Source: Candidatus Hadarchaeum sp.
GTDB taxonomy: Archaea; Hadarchaeota; Hadarchaeia; Hadarchaeales; Hadarchaeaceae
Length of the DNA: 64,000 nucleotides
Direction: 5' to 3'
NCBI RefSeq assembly: GCF_038871235.1
Contig: NZ_JAVZIN010000002.1
Span: forward strand, 64,001 to 128,000
The translations under genes were made by a program, and so were the position numbers. The notes under the pieces are model-generated. The model made no database searches and was not told the DNA's origin. It was given only the letters and a program-made list of their open reading frames with translations. Below, one piece after another: positions 21,187-36,712 of the stretch. Each line of letters starts with the position of its first letter. Position 1 is the stretch's first letter.

Positions 21187-21951
21187 TTGGAAGAGGATTT
21201 TGAGTCCATTCTATCCAAACTCGATCGAAAAAAGATTGAGCGACTGGAAAAAGACTCAGAAATATACAAGATAATGGCCCGTGTCTTTGACACGTCGACC
21301 TTGCTCACCCTTTACCGCCTCATCAATCGTGGAGTCTTCGATGTCTTTTATGGGAACATCTCCGCTGGAAAGGAGGCAAACATTTACTGCGCGCTGGATA
21401 AAAATGGAAACTACGTAGCCGCCAAGATCTACCGTATTGCAACATCGGATTTCAAAAACATGCACCGCTATTTGGTAGGAGACACCCGTTTCAAGCGCGT
21501 TCCTGAGGACCGCCGTGGGATAATCTACACTTGGACCTCCCGGGAGTTCAAAAACTTGCAGCAGGCCTACGCTGCTGGAGTTCCTGTCCCCCGACCAATT
21601 GACCATGAAAAAAACGTGCTAGCAATGGAATTTATCGGTGAAGATGGGGTCCCCTATCCGCTCTTGAAAGACGTGAAACCAAAAAACCCAAAAAAAACTT
21701 TCGAGATATTGGTTGATTCGGTGAAAAAACTTTATCAAGAGGCGGAAATCGTCCACTCTGATCTTAGCGAATACAATGTTATGTTAACGCCCGACCCTGT
21801 TCTGATAGATTTTTCCATGGGCACCGATATTAAAAACCCCATGGCCGAGCAGCTGCTGATGCGCGACATCCAAAACTTGGTCAGATATTTTAGAAAGCTC
21901 GGCATGAAAACTCCCGAGCCATCCGGCATCTTTGCTGAAATTGTTAAATGA
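21187..21951 (+). CDS. rio1: RIO1-family serine kinase
   Basis: SAGKEANIY, AKIYR, HSDLSEYN and IDF motifs. Confidence 0.95.
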   Translation: MEEDFESILSKLDRKKIERLEKDSEIYKIMARVFDTSTLLTLYRLINRGVFDVFYGNISAGKEANIYCALDKNGNYVAAKIYRIATSDFKNMHRYLVGDTRFKRVPEDRRGIIYTWTSREFKNLQQAYAAGVPVPRPIDHEKNVLAMEFIGEDGVPYPLLKDVKPKNPKKTFEILVDSVKKLYQEAEIVHSDLSEYNVMLTPDPVLIDFSMGTDIKNPMAEQLLMRDIQNLVRYFRKLGMKTPEPSGIFAEIVK

Positions 21952-21963
21952 ATGTGTTTTCGA

Positions 21964-22272
21964 TCAGGTTTTTAGCTCTATAGCTATAGAGACTTCCTCA
22001 GGCACCTGAACCCTCATGATCTGACGCAAGGCACGCTCATCAGCTTGCATGTCAATCAATCGTTTGTGGATCCGGAGTTCCCACCGGTCCCAAGTAATGG
22101 TCCCCTCACCGTCCGGTGCTTTTTTGGTTGGAATCACTATTCTACGTGTGGGTAATGGTACTGGACCTGAGATTTTAACGCCGACCCTCTCAGCTATACC
22201 CAATATCTGCTTGCACACTTCCTCCAGCTTCTTAGGATCCACGCTGGCCAGCCTTATGCGTGCCTTCTGCAA
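21964..22272 (-). CDS. rps10: 30S ribosomal protein S10 (uS10)
   Basis: SGPVPLPT and [11 protein letters not shown] motifs. Confidence 0.98.
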   Translation of the reverse strand: MQKARIRLASVDPKKLEEVCKQILGIAERVGVKISGPVPLPTRRIVIPTKKAPDGEGTITWDRWELRIHKRLIDMQADERALRQIMRVQVPEEVSIAIELKT

Positions 22273-22320
22273 ACTGACCCCTCTACCCTAAAAGACGCAG
22301 GAGCCTATAAAAGATTTGGT

Positions 22321-23583
22321 CTACTTGGCTTTCACCAGATCCACACATACGCCCGCTGCAATTGTCATACCCATGTCACGAATAGCAAAGCGGCTGAGCT
22401 GCGGTATTTCGGAAGCCTTCTCCAGCACCATCGGTTTTGTCGGTACCACCTTAATCGTGGCCATGTCTCCTTTCTTTATGAACTCTGGCTTTTCTTGAAC
22501 GACCGCGCCTGTCTTGGGATCTATTTTTTGAGTAATCTCAGTAATGGTGCAGGCAACTTGAGCCGTGTGCGCGTGAAAGACTGGTGTGTAGCCAGCGGCT
22601 ATCGCTGTTGGGTGTTGCAACACCGCAATTCTCGCGGTGAACTCCTTGACCACTGTTGGTGGTGATTTGGTGTGTCCGGCCACATCTCCCCGTTTAATCG
22701 CTGTCTTTTCAATACCACGAACGTTAAAACCTATGTTATCTCCTGGCTCTGCCTGGGGAATTGACTCATGGTGCATCTCAATCGATTTCACTTCACCGCT
22801 TACTCCTGCGGGCTCGAAAACGATGGTATCCCCGACCTTCATCACTCCGGTCTCCACTCTTCCCACAGGGACCGTGCCCACGCCAGTTATCGAATAAACA
22901 TCCTGTACAGGGATCCTGAGCGGTTTCTCGATTGGCTTGGGGGGAACCACGAAGGTGTCAAGCGCTTCATAGAAAACCGGTCCGGTATACCACTTCATAT
23001 TTTCGCTGCGTTTAACCACATTTTCCCCATGGAAGGATGCTGTGGGAACGAAGACGAACTTTTCAGGGTTTCTGTAGCCAACCGTTCTCAGCAGCTCTAT
23101 TATCTCGGCCTTTAACTTGTTGTAAACTTCCTCCTTATAGTTCACCAAGTCCATTTTGTTTATAACCACTACGAGCTGCCCGACACCAAGAGTAAAAGCA
23201 AGTGCCGCATGCTCACGGGTCTGCGGCATAATCCCATCATCAGCGGCCACAACCAGCACTGCCGCGTCGGCTTGGCTCGCGCCCGTGATCATGTTTTTGA
23301 CGAAGTCGCGGTGGCCCGGGGCGTCGATTATGGTAAAGTAGTATTTGTCCGTCTCAAACTTCTTGTGCGCGAGGTCGATAGTCAACCCTCTCTCACGTTC
23401 TTCCTTAAGGGCATCCAACACCCAAGCGAACTTGAACGTCTTACCCTTGTCACCCATCGCTTCAAATTTTTTTATGTCCTCTTCCCTAACCAAGCCTTTA
23501 TCAAAAAACAATCTGCCAAGCGTCGTTGACTTGCCGTGGTCAACATGCCCTATTGTTATCAGATTCAAATGCGGTTTCGCCAT
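22321..23583 (-). CDS. tuf: Elongation factor 1-alpha
   Basis: [21 protein letters not shown] and RFAIRDMG motifs. Confidence 0.99.
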   Translation of the reverse strand: MAKPHLNLITIGHVDHGKSTTLGRLFFDKGLVREEDIKKFEAMGDKGKTFKFAWVLDALKEERERGLTIDLAHKKFETDKYYFTIIDAPGHRDFVKNMITGASQADAAVLVVAADDGIMPQTREHAALAFTLGVGQLVVVINKMDLVNYKEEVYNKLKAEIIELLRTVGYRNPEKFVFVPTASFHGENVVKRSENMKWYTGPVFYEALDTFVVPPKPIEKPLRIPVQDVYSITGVGTVPVGRVETGVMKVGDTIVFEPAGVSGEVKSIEMHHESIPQAEPGDNIGFNVRGIEKTAIKRGDVAGHTKSPPTVVKEFTARIAVLQHPTAIAAGYTPVFHAHTAQVACTITEITQKIDPKTGAVVQEKPEFIKKGDMATIKVVPTKPMVLEKASEIPQLSRFAIRDMGMTIAAGVCVDLVKAK

Positions 23584-23637
23584 ATTATAACCTCCTTTAA
23601 CTATTTCCTTTTAACCTATTTATTTAATAAGCTTTAC

Positions 23638-24243
23638 TCACCTCGCGCCCTTGGCGATCCTCTCCATCTCCTCCTTTCTGGCCACGGCAAAACTCTTAGT
23701 ATCATTGTTGGCTGCGAGTATCAACTCCTCAGCCAAACAGTCGACTATGTTCTTTTTCCCAGTAAAGGCTGCGGCGAAAGCCCCTGCAGCCAAATTTTTC
23801 AGGGCAATGTCCAGCCTCCTTTGTGGGGAAGAATCTACCGCAATATAATAGGTAATGCCTCCATAGCTGATACGTGTGGTCTCCTCTCGTGGAGCTGCAT
23901 TCTGAATGGCATCAACCAAGACCTGCACGGGATTCTTATTGGTCCTCTGCGCAATTATCTTAAAGGCATCTCGAACAATGTTGTAGGCCTTATGTTTTTT
24001 GCCTGTCGCCCCAGCTCCCCGTATGGTCCTGCCACCAAGCTTCCGGGCCCCAGGACCAGATCTCATTATCTTGTTGATCAAACGTTCTACAACTGAAACG
24101 TTAGCTTTTCCAAACTGCTTGCTGGCGTGCCTCCCCCCAGTGTGAAGAACGAAAGGAGCTTCCAAACGTAGATATTGCTTTATTCCCGGATCCTTAACCT
24201 CAATATTTTCGATGTCCCATTCTCCGAAATATTTGAAGCCCAA
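23638..24243 (-). CDS. rps7: 30S ribosomal protein S7 (uS7)
   Basis: NPVQVLVDAIQNAAPREE and AVDSSPQRR motifs. Confidence 0.98.
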   Translation of the reverse strand: MGFKYFGEWDIENIEVKDPGIKQYLRLEAPFVLHTGGRHASKQFGKANVSVVERLINKIMRSGPGARKLGGRTIRGAGATGKKHKAYNIVRDAFKIIAQRTNKNPVQVLVDAIQNAAPREETTRISYGGITYYIAVDSSPQRRLDIALKNLAAGAFAAAFTGKKNIVDCLAEELILAANNDTKSFAVARKEEMERIAKGAR

Positions 24244-24247
24244 AAGA

Positions 24248-24682
24248 TCACCTAGTTGGTTTTTCCTTGCGTCCTTTAACTAGCTCTTTGAGAGAAATTC
24301 CATTTACCTTAACGACCTTATAACGAACCCCCGGAATATCACCGTAGGCTCCCCCCTTAGCCCCACCTATCCCTTCGACAATGACCTCATCATGCTCATC
24401 GATAAAACCAATAGCGCCGTCTCCGGGTGCAAAGGCGGTTATCTGTCTGCCATTTTTAATCAGCTGGACCCTAACACATTTCCTGATGGCTGAGTTGGGC
24501 TGTTTGGCCTCAATTCCAACTTTCTCCAAGACGATGCCCCTGGCTTGGGGAGCTCCCTCTAACGGGTCGGCTTTTTCATCTAACTTCAGCACGCGACGTT
24601 TATACTGAGCACTCTTCCACCTAAAATGCTGCCTAGTGTCACGCAGCTTCCTTGCCGCAAACTCCCCTCTGGGCGCTTTCAT
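24248..24682 (-). CDS. rps12: 30S ribosomal protein S12 (uS12)
   Basis: [17 protein letters not shown] and GDIPGVRY motifs. Confidence 0.99.
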   Translation of the reverse strand: MKAPRGEFAARKLRDTRQHFRWKSAQYKRRVLKLDEKADPLEGAPQARGIVLEKVGIEAKQPNSAIRKCVRVQLIKNGRQITAFAPGDGAIGFIDEHDEVIVEGIGGAKGGAYGDIPGVRYKVVKVNGISLKELVKGRKEKPTR

Positions 24683-24725
24683 ATTTCATCACTTATATCA
24701 GTAGTTAGTGTTGAGGTTTTATAAA

Positions 24726-25150
24726 TCATATAAGTATTACGTCGCTGATGCCGTGATGTCTTTCAGCAAGTTTTTTCGCTATTTGAATTTTTTTGCCACC
24801 GCGTCCTACGGCTAACCCTTTATCCTGCAACTCCACACTGACCAAAGCTACTTTCTTTTCCCCTTTCTCTACTATCTTAACGCTCTGTACTCTCGCCGGC
24901 AATAACGCGTTTTTCAAGAACTCCACCGGATCTTCCGAGTACTCGATCACTTCAATGCCCCTCCCAATCAAACGTCTTGCCCTTTTAACTTTGTCTCCGC
25001 CTCGCCCAACTGCCATTCCAAAATCTCCTTTATTAACGACAAACGTCACGTTTCCGCCGAAATCGTTTATGATGCAATCGCGCACCCGTGCCCCGGTCAA
25101 GCCTTCAAAACTTGCTATGTAGCGCATCTCCTCCGCTGTGAATTTTATGG

Positions 25151-25154
<4 letters not shown>
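24726..25154 (-). CDS. nusA: Archaeal NusA (KH domains)
   Basis: Two G.AVGRGG KH motifs; conserved position. Confidence 0.95.
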
Positions 25155-29262
<4,108 letters not shown>

Positions 29263-32200
29263 CTAGGCTCTGTCCCTCAGCCTTATTCTCGGCGACATAC
29301 AGAGGGATTTCAGTTCGTCCATCATGAGCTTGAATGCATACGATATCTGAACTCCGTAAATCTCCGAATCCTCGTCACAGAGGGGGCAATAGGCCCTGTC
29401 GCTGCGACGATCGTATACGGCGAATGATCCACATTTTCCGCAGATTAATCCCGTATACCTGTCAGATGCATCGAGAAGACGTTCATTAAGTAACATCGCT
29501 GCTCCGTGGCCGATCAAACAATCCCGCTCCATCTCACCAAAGCGCAACCCACCTTCCCTCGCCCTGCCCTCAGTGGGTTGATGGGTTAACACCTGAACTG
29601 GACCTCGCGAACGCGCGTGAATCTTATCTGCGACCATGTGGTGGAGCTTCTGATAGTAACAGACCCCAACAAAAATATCGACCGGTATCATCTCACCAGT
29701 GATTCCATTGTACAGGACTTCCTTGCCTGTGTGTTTGAAGCCAAAGGACTTCATCGCTTCCCGGATTTCTTTTTCAGACATCCCGGAAAAGGCCGTTCCA
29801 TCTATTCTTCGCCCCATACATGCTCCGACCTTGCCAGCAATCATTTCAAGAAGCTGCCCCACCGACATACGAGAAGGAATAGCATGTGGATTAATTATGA
29901 TATCGGGAGTTATTCCATCCTCGGTGAAGGGCATATCGGCTCCAGCCATGGTAATCCCGATGACTCCCTTCTGACCGTGCCTTGACGCTAGCTTGTCACC
30001 AATTTCTGGTATCCTGAGATCCCTGACTCGGACTCTGACAAACTTATTGCCCTCTGAGGTCATGCTCACCAGCACCAGATCAACAATTCCCTCTTCGCTG
30101 GGTCTTACTCTGATGGAGCTTTCTCGACGGCCGTGTTCAACCGCCAGCCCGAACTCATCTATTTCCTCCAAAAATCTAGGCGGACTGGTGCGCCCGATCA
30201 AAACATCCTCGCCTCTGACTACTGACTCAACCTCAGTTATACCGTCTTCACCCAAATTTCGGTAGAGGCTCGCGTCCGCATAGCCCCTAATCTCCTCGCT
30301 TGGTATCTCAAATTTGTCCTCCTGACCACCCGGATATCGCGCCTCCTCAGCCTCATATATCCGATAAAAGGTTGTCCGCCCCATCCCGCGATCAATGGAA
30401 GCGCTATTAACTATTAGCGCGTCCTCCATGTTGTAGCCGCCGTAAGTGGCTATGGCAACAACAAGATTCTGCCCTGCCGGCCTCCGGTCAAAACCGACGG
30501 CATCCATGACTCTGGTCTTAACCAAGGGGACCTGCGGGTAGTGCAAGAAATGACCGCGTGTGTCCACCCGTTTATGTATGGAGGTCGTTGTCAGTCCCAG
30601 CGCCTGTTTGGCCATGTTAGCACCATAGGTATTCCGCGGCGATTGGTTGTGTTCTGCGTAGGGAACCAGCGCCGCACTTATGCCAAGTATCGCCAACGGA
30701 TGCAATTCAAGATGGGTGTGCTCAGGCGTCAACTGATTCTCATAGACCGCGATGTAAACGTTTTCTTCTTCCTCGGCATCAAGGTACTCTACAATGCCTG
30801 CTTGGACCAGATCCCGCCAAGTCATTTTACCTTCTTTAACCATCTCTATGACTTCCGGTGTTAGCTTGGATTTCCCTCCTTCCACTACAACAACGGGCCG
30901 ACGCACCCTCCCCGCGTCGGTATTAATCCTGACCTCATTAGTATCCTCCCTGAAAGCCACATTAACCTGTTCATCCAAGTTCCCTTGCCGGCGATGTCGC
31001 TTCAGCTCATCAACGAGAGTTTTACCGTTTTCAGTTGTGCCGACCAATCTGCCGTTTATATAAACAGCCGCCTTTCCCTTCCTCTCGCTACCTTTAGTTA
31101 TTCTATTTACACCCAACTTGAAGACCAGACGCTCCACCTTACTTTCATCGGTGCCCGTTGAAATCTCTGCCATTAGCGCGAGGTTTTTAACCAATCCGCA
31201 GTTTGGCCCTTCTGGCGTTTCACAGGGGCAGATCCTCCCCCAATGGGTTGGATGCAGATCACGGGCCTCAAAGTGAGGCTGGCTCCTGCTCAGAGGAGAA
31301 ACCACGCGCCTGAGGTGGGATATCGCCGCAATGTAGTTAGTTCTATCCAGAAGCTGACTGACCCCGGTTCTCCCCCCCGGCCAGTTGCCAGTGGCCAAAG
31401 CATGTCTTATTCTCTCAGTCAGAACATCCGCACGGGCGGCAGTTCTGAGGTTCATCTCACGGCCCCTGGCGTAGGCCCGCTCCAATTGATACTTTATATC
31501 CCTGGTCAGGTTGAGAAACGCCAGTCTGAAGACATTTTCTAACAGGTCGCCGGCAAGCTTCAACCTTTTATTTCCATAGTGGTCCTTATCATCCACGTCC
31601 CTTCGACCCAGCGCCAGTTCGATAACCTGCTCGGCCATGCTGCCCAAGTAGTAGCCCTTAGCTATTCGATCCTCGGGCCTCGAGCCTATGTGCGGCAACA
31701 GGTACTTGTCAAGAACTTCCTGAGCCCGTTGCAATCGATACTCCCGGGTTTGTCCAATAGCAACCCTTTTGCCAATGATGTCCAGAGCATCCTCTTTAGT
31801 CTTTACATCAATCGCTTCCTGTAGGTTTTCAAAAAGTTCCCTGATAATCTCGGGATCCTCGGAAACAGCGCTGACAATTTCCTTGTCGCTCTCAATCCCG
31901 AGGGCGCGCATGATTACTACTAGCGGGACTTGACCAGGTACTGCGGGAAATGCCACGCGCAGGAGGCCGTCACGCTTTCTCTCGACCACCACCAAAGACC
32001 GGAAGCCACGGTGTGTGGAAAAAACCTTGGCGACTTCTGTGCCCATATGCTCGTCACGTTCAACTAAAATTGCATTTGAAGCTAGATCTTCCTGAGTGAC
32101 GATAACGCGCTCTGAGCCATTAATGATGAAATAACCACCGGGATCCAAGGGATCCTCGCCGACGCTTATGAGCTGCTGCTCATCCAGTCCGTAAAGCCTG

Positions 32201-32565
32201 CAAATTTTTGACTTCAGCATCACAGGCAGCTCACCGATATAGACCTCCTCCGGAGCTTGCTCCCTTCCATTTTTAACCAGCTTCATCTCAAGTTTGATGG
32301 GGGCAGTATAGCTCAGATTTCTCAGTCTTGCCTCGCTAGGGAACATGGGGGGGCGGGAACCGTCAGTTTCCTTTGTGGACGGCGGATCGAGATGTATTTT
32401 ACCAAACTTTACCTTCACTCCCTCGATGTCAAGATCTATGCCGCCTATCTCATCAATAACCTGTTGCAATCCACGATCAATAAAATCGTTATAGGAATCT
32501 AGATGTTGTCTGACCAATCCTTTTTCTTTGAAAAATGCTTCAACAAGCGGCCAAGTGTCCTGCAA
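29263..32565 (-). CDS. rpoB: RNA polymerase subunit Rpo2 (B, unsplit)
   Basis: [23 protein letters not shown]-terminal zinc ribbon; single 1100-aa ORF. Confidence 0.99.
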   Translation of the reverse strand: MQDTWPLVEAFFKEKGLVRQHLDSYNDFIDRGLQQVIDEIGGIDLDIEGVKVKFGKIHLDPPSTKETDGSRPPMFPSEARLRNLSYTAPIKLEMKLVKNGREQAPEEVYIGELPVMLKSKICRLYGLDEQQLISVGEDPLDPGGYFIINGSERVIVTQEDLASNAILVERDEHMGTEVAKVFSTHRGFRSLVVVERKRDGLLRVAFPAVPGQVPLVVIMRALGIESDKEIVSAVSEDPEIIRELFENLQEAIDVKTKEDALDIIGKRVAIGQTREYRLQRAQEVLDKYLLPHIGSRPEDRIAKGYYLGSMAEQVIELALGRRDVDDKDHYGNKRLKLAGDLLENVFRLAFLNLTRDIKYQLERAYARGREMNLRTAARADVLTERIRHALATGNWPGGRTGVSQLLDRTNYIAAISHLRRVVSPLSRSQPHFEARDLHPTHWGRICPCETPEGPNCGLVKNLALMAEISTGTDESKVERLVFKLGVNRITKGSERKGKAAVYINGRLVGTTENGKTLVDELKRHRRQGNLDEQVNVAFREDTNEVRINTDAGRVRRPVVVVEGGKSKLTPEVIEMVKEGKMTWRDLVQAGIVEYLDAEEEENVYIAVYENQLTPEHTHLELHPLAILGISAALVPYAEHNQSPRNTYGANMAKQALGLTTTSIHKRVDTRGHFLHYPQVPLVKTRVMDAVGFDRRPAGQNLVVAIATYGGYNMEDALIVNSASIDRGMGRTTFYRIYEAEEARYPGGQEDKFEIPSEEIRGYADASLYRNLGEDGITEVESVVRGEDVLIGRTSPPRFLEEIDEFGLAVEHGRRESSIRVRPSEEGIVDLVLVSMTSEGNKFVRVRVRDLRIPEIGDKLASRHGQKGVIGITMAGADMPFTEDGITPDIIINPHAIPSRMSVGQLLEMIAGKVGACMGRRIDGTAFSGMSEKEIREAMKSFGFKHTGKEVLYNGITGEMIPVDIFVGVCYYQKLHHMVADKIHARSRGPVQVLTHQPTEGRAREGGLRFGEMERDCLIGHGAAMLLNERLLDASDRYTGLICGKCGSFAVYDRRSDRAYCPLCDEDSEIYGVQISYAFKLMMDELKSLCMSPRIRLRDRA

Positions 32566-32573
32566 CCAATCAC

Positions 32574-32816
32574 CTATCCCTCGACCACATACCTATACGC
32601 AACCGCCTTTCCAGCAGTTGGGCTATTTCTAATAATCTTGATCACATCCCCTGGCTTACCACCTATCTCCCTTACCGCCGGGTCTGAACTTTTTATTAGA
32701 GGTAGTTGATGAAGGGTTATCTTGTAACGATCGAGTAACTCTTCTACTTTATCCTTGGGCAGAATTTCATGCTTTGGCACCAGCACGTGCCTTCCAACTT
32801 GGAACTCTTCCGGCAT
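32574..32816 (-). CDS. rpoH: RNA polymerase subunit Rpo5 (H)
   Basis: [16 protein letters not shown] and SPTAG..YRYV motifs; ATG at 32816 follows GGTGA. Confidence 0.97.
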   Translation of the reverse strand: MPEEFQVGRHVLVPKHEILPKDKVEELLDRYKITLHQLPLIKSSDPAVREIGGKPGDVIKIIRNSPTAGKAVAYRYVVEG

Positions 32817-32840
32817 TTTTTCACCAACCGCATTCACAGG

Positions 32841-32915
32841 CGGGCCCGGAGGGATTCGAACCCTCGACTGCCGGCTTAAAAGGCCGGTACGCTAACCAGA
32901 CTGCGCTACGGGCCC
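32841..32915 (-). tRNA. tRNA-Lys(UUU)
   Basis: GGGCCCG acceptor stem, CCGGC-CTTTTAA-GCCGG anticodon arm, GGTTCGAATCC T-arm; CCA not fully encoded. Confidence 0.95.
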
Positions 32916-32959
32916 CAGAAAGCGGTTAGAATCCTATTTATCCATTTCGCCATTAAAGT

Positions 32960-33682
32960 TCATCTCATTTCCTTTTTAAGGTTTTCGAGTCTCGGTTCGG
33001 ATCCCAACCTTTCACTCCCAACTGCTTTTTTGACACTCCTTCTGAGAAGCCTGATGTTTCTAGCTATTTCACCTTTACCGTAAACCGAATACCCCGCTAC
33101 CAAGATGTTCGCCCCAGCCTCAACAACCAGAGGAACGTTCTCCTCATTCAGACCACCATCAACCTCTATTTCAGTACCCAAGCCGTGGCTCTCCACCATC
33201 TCCTTGGCTTTTCTTATCTTGGGCAGTATGGAAGGAAGAAACCTCTGGCCCCCGAACCCTGGATTGACCGACATGATCAATATAAAATCGAGTTCATCCA
33301 AGACAAACTCAACCATGTTTAAAGGTGTGGCAGGATTAAGTGCCACCCCGGCCTTAGCACCCAAGTCCTTAACATGATGAATGGTGCGCTGTAGATGAAC
33401 GCATGTCTCAGCGTGCACCGATAGCATGTTCGCCCCGGCCTCAACGAAGGCCTCCAAAAAATTATCTGGTTTTTCAATCATGAGATGAACATCGAAGGGT
33501 AACTTGGTCATTTCTCTCAGCTTTTTGACCACCGGCGGCCCGAAAGTAATGTTCGGCACGAAATGTCCGTCCATTATATCCCAGTGGATGAGATCTGCTC
33601 CTGCCTTCTCCGTCTTTTTTATCTCCGAACCCAGCTGGCTGAAGTCAGCTGAGAGCAAGGAGGGGGCAATTTTTATCTTCAT
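32960..33682 (-). CDS. rpe: Ribulose-phosphate 3-epimerase
   Basis: IAPSLLSADF, DIMDGHFVPN, MSVNPGFGGQ and EVDGG motifs. Confidence 0.97.
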   Translation of the reverse strand: MKIKIAPSLLSADFSQLGSEIKKTEKAGADLIHWDIMDGHFVPNITFGPPVVKKLREMTKLPFDVHLMIEKPDNFLEAFVEAGANMLSVHAETCVHLQRTIHHVKDLGAKAGVALNPATPLNMVEFVLDELDFILIMSVNPGFGGQRFLPSILPKIRKAKEMVESHGLGTEIEVDGGLNEENVPLVVEAGANILVAGYSVYGKGEIARNIRLLRRSVKKAVGSERLGSEPRLENLKKEMR

Positions 33683-34647
33683 CTGCCTTTCCTCTCCAAG
33701 ACTTTTTCTGCAGCTTTAACTATATCAGAACTTGTCAGCCCATATTTGGCAAAAAGTTCTCTCCATGATCCCGACTCAGCATAGGTGTCATTTATGCCCA
33801 CCCTGACCATAGGCACGGGATTCTCCTCAACAAGAACCTCAGCTACAGCACCGCCTAACCCGCCGAGGACATTGTGCTCCTCCGCTGTTACGATGGCAGC
33901 GGTACTCGATGCTGCACGCAAGATCGCCTCTTTATCAAGTGGTTTAATAGTGTGAAAGTTTATGACCTCGGCTTGGATGCCCCTTTTCGCCAATTCCTGC
34001 GCCGCCAGCAAAGACTCAGCAACCATAACTCCAGTGGCGATGATAGTGACGTCTTTTCCCTCCCTCAGCGTGATGCTCTTGCCTATTTCAAACTTCAGCT
34101 CCTCGCCTTGGAATCTGTAACCCTCCGCATAAATCAAGGGGGTTTTGGGACGGCTCAATCTCATGTAAACAGGGCCAAATTTCTCAGCTATGGCTCTGGT
34201 AGCAGCTCTTGTCTCGGCCGCGTCCGCGGGAATAATAACCGTTACATTAGGCAAAGCCCGCATAACGGCTATGTCTTCTATACAGAAGTGAGATGATCCA
34301 TCCTCGCCCACACTTATGCCGCCATGCGTAGTTACTAGCTTAACGTTCAAGTTTGGATATGCCACCGATTGCTTGAACTGATTCAGTCCTTTCTCCACAC
34401 CGAAGACAGAAAAAGTGCTAGCAAAGGCAATCTTGCCCGCTGAGGCCAATCCTGCCGCCATGGAAATTAAGTTCGCCTCAGCCACGCCCACATCAAAAAA
34501 TCTCTCCGGAAATTCTTGGGCAAATAGGATCGTCCTTGTGGAAGGTGAGAGATCTGCGTCCAAAACCACTATATTTTTGTTCACTCGGCCTAGCTCAACA
34601 AGAGTTTCACCGTACGCATCTCGAGTTCCTGCCAACTTTTCAAACAT
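33679..34647 (-). CDS. Transketolase, C-terminal subunit
   Basis: LDADL, GVAEAN, GEDGSSH, KPLD and EEH..GGLG motifs. Confidence 0.95.
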   Translation of the reverse strand: MFEKLAGTRDAYGETLVELGRVNKNIVVLDADLSPSTRTILFAQEFPERFFDVGVAEANLISMAAGLASAGKIAFASTFSVFGVEKGLNQFKQSVAYPNLNVKLVTTHGGISVGEDGSSHFCIEDIAVMRALPNVTVIIPADAAETRAATRAIAEKFGPVYMRLSRPKTPLIYAEGYRFQGEELKFEIGKSITLREGKDVTIIATGVMVAESLLAAQELAKRGIQAEVINFHTIKPLDKEAILRAASSTAAIVTAEEHNVLGGLGGAVAEVLVEENPVPMVRVGINDTYAESGSWRELFAKYGLTSSDIVKAAEKVLERKGR

Positions 34648-35506
34648 ACAATTCCTCCAGCGCCTTGGTCAGCTCCGCCTCGCTCAGCGGAGTGCCATGA
34701 TACTTACAATCACCAGCAAGGAATGATTTTTCCAACATTGGGACCCCCTTGCCCTTTACCGTGTAGGCTATGATAACGGTTGGCTTTCCTCTTACCAGCT
34801 CCGCCTCATCCAAGGCATCCAAAATCTGCTTTATGTCGTGGCCATTAATCTTGATGACGTGCCAACCAAAAGCAACCCACTTCTCAGCAATCGGTTCAAG
34901 GCTCATTATTCTCTCGGTACATCCGCTGAGTTGCTGACGATTATAATCAACTATTGCGGTCAGATTATCTATTTTGTAGTGTGAGGCCGACATCGCTGCC
35001 TCCCAGACCTGTCCTTCATCCAGTTCCCCATCGCCCAACAAAACGAAGACCCGGCTCGATTTTTTATCCAACCTGAAAGCCAAGGCCATTCCGATACCTA
35101 TCGACAGACCCTGCCCCAGTGTCCCGGTAGAAGCGTCCACGCCAGGGGTCTTTCTCATGTCCGGATGCCCTTGCAGGATGCTGCCAATCTTTCTCAGCTT
35201 CCAAAGCTCCTCAACAGGAAAAAAACCTGCCATGGCTAAGGCTGCATAAAGGGCTGGAGCCGCATGTCCCTTGGATAGAATGAATCTGTCTCGTTCCTCC
35301 CAATCTGGCCTTTGGGGATCATACCGCAACTGATGAAAATAGATGGCGGAAAGGATGTCAGCGCAAGAGAGAGAGCCTCCGGGGTGCCCCGAACCAGACT
35401 TTGTGGTCATTATCAGAGAATGTCTCCTGATTATCAGCGCTATTTCGGAAAGCCTCTTTATCAGTTCTGAGTCATGTGGAGCCATCTTTTTGTTAAACGG
35501 TGCCAT
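34640..35506 (-). CDS. Transketolase, N-terminal subunit
   Basis: SGHPGGSLS, LSKGH, GDGELDEG TPP motif, KGKG. Confidence 0.96.
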   Translation of the reverse strand: MAPFNKKMAPHDSELIKRLSEIALIIRRHSLIMTTKSGSGHPGGSLSCADILSAIYFHQLRYDPQRPDWEERDRFILSKGHAAPALYAALAMAGFFPVEELWKLRKIGSILQGHPDMRKTPGVDASTGTLGQGLSIGIGMALAFRLDKKSSRVFVLLGDGELDEGQVWEAAMSASHYKIDNLTAIVDYNRQQLSGCTERIMSLEPIAEKWVAFGWHVIKINGHDIKQILDALDEAELVRGKPTVIIAYTVKGKGVPMLEKSFLAGDCKYHGTPLSEAELTKALEELYV

Positions 35507-35738
35507 TTTATAGCCACGCCCATCTCTGATTGTTCAAGACTAATTTCGCCTTTAATTTAACATTTTTGGTGTAAAACAACAATTTTGACGATATGATCTA
35601 ACTACTGTCGCCTGTTGCTTTTCCTTAAAATATCATCTGGACAAAGCGAATAATTTGGCGTTCTCAAAAATTTAGGCTCATCCAAAAACAACACAAAAGT
35701 CATTTTAATTCGTTAATTGATTAGTAGATGGATTCGGT

Positions 35739-36656
35739 ATGAAGATATTTATTGATACTGCGAAACTATGCGAAATTAAAGAAGCCATCTCGTGGGGAAT
35801 AATCGATGGTGTCACGACTAATCCCAGCTTGATCTGGGAAGCTGTGGAGGAAGAAAAGGAAAAAGGAAGGGATATCGATCTTACCAGCTACATTGAAGAA
35901 ATCTGCCGCACTGCTGGAGAAGAAAGGCCCGTTAGTCTTGAGGTGATAAGCCAAGAGGCCGACAGGATGGTGAAAGAAGCCAAGTTCCTATATCAGAAAT
36001 TTAATCCCATTGCTAACAATGTCGTTGTGAAAATTCCAATCACCACCTACACTGAAGAAAAGGGCGCCGACTACGAGGGGCTAATCGCCATCAACAAGTT
36101 GGAAAAAGAAGGCATCCCCACCAATGTCACTTTAGTCATGACGCCTGAACAAGCACTTTTGGCGGCGAAGGCGGGAGCCACCTATGTTAGTCCCTTCGCT
36201 GGAAGAATCGATGACCATATCAGAAAAAATCTAGGTATCAAATTTAACAAGAATGACTACTTTGACTCTGAGCTGATACAAGAGATCTTTAGGTGTAGAT
36301 TGGGTGAACAATTGAAAATGACCACCGAAGAAAAAATTTCCGACCTTTACCATGACAGCAGGATAAAACATCTGCGGGGCAATGGAAATGATCACGGAAT
36401 AACGAGTGGTGTTGAATGCGTTAGAAAAATTGTGCACATGTTTAAAAAATATAACATGCCTACAAAGATTATCGCCGCCAGCGTCAGAAACGCAAGACAG
36501 GTGCGAGAACTGGCCGAAACTGGGTGTGACATTTGCACGGCACCGATTTCGGTCATCAGGGAGATGCTAAGACATCCAAAAACTGAAGAAGGCGTTAAGC
36601 GGTTTTATTCCGACGCCGTTAACGCGGGATATGCCGAGCTGTTCAAATCGCTATGA
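35739..36656 (+). CDS. tal: Transaldolase (TalC-type, with insertion)
   Basis: FIDTA, GVTTNPS, SLEV, VVKIP Schiff-base Lys, YVSPFAGR (Phe, transaldolase-type rather than FSA). Confidence 0.9.
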   Translation: MKIFIDTAKLCEIKEAISWGIIDGVTTNPSLIWEAVEEEKEKGRDIDLTSYIEEICRTAGEERPVSLEVISQEADRMVKEAKFLYQKFNPIANNVVVKIPITTYTEEKGADYEGLIAINKLEKEGIPTNVTLVMTPEQALLAAKAGATYVSPFAGRIDDHIRKNLGIKFNKNDYFDSELIQEIFRCRLGEQLKMTTEEKISDLYHDSRIKHLRGNGNDHGITSGVECVRKIVHMFKKYNMPTKIIAASVRNARQVRELAETGCDICTAPISVIREMLRHPKTEEGVKRFYSDAVNAGYAELFKSL

Positions 36657-36712
36657 AAACTTCTGGTATTTTTGGTACTGGCTAGCAACTCGTTAACCGT
36701 ATTGAACCCAGT

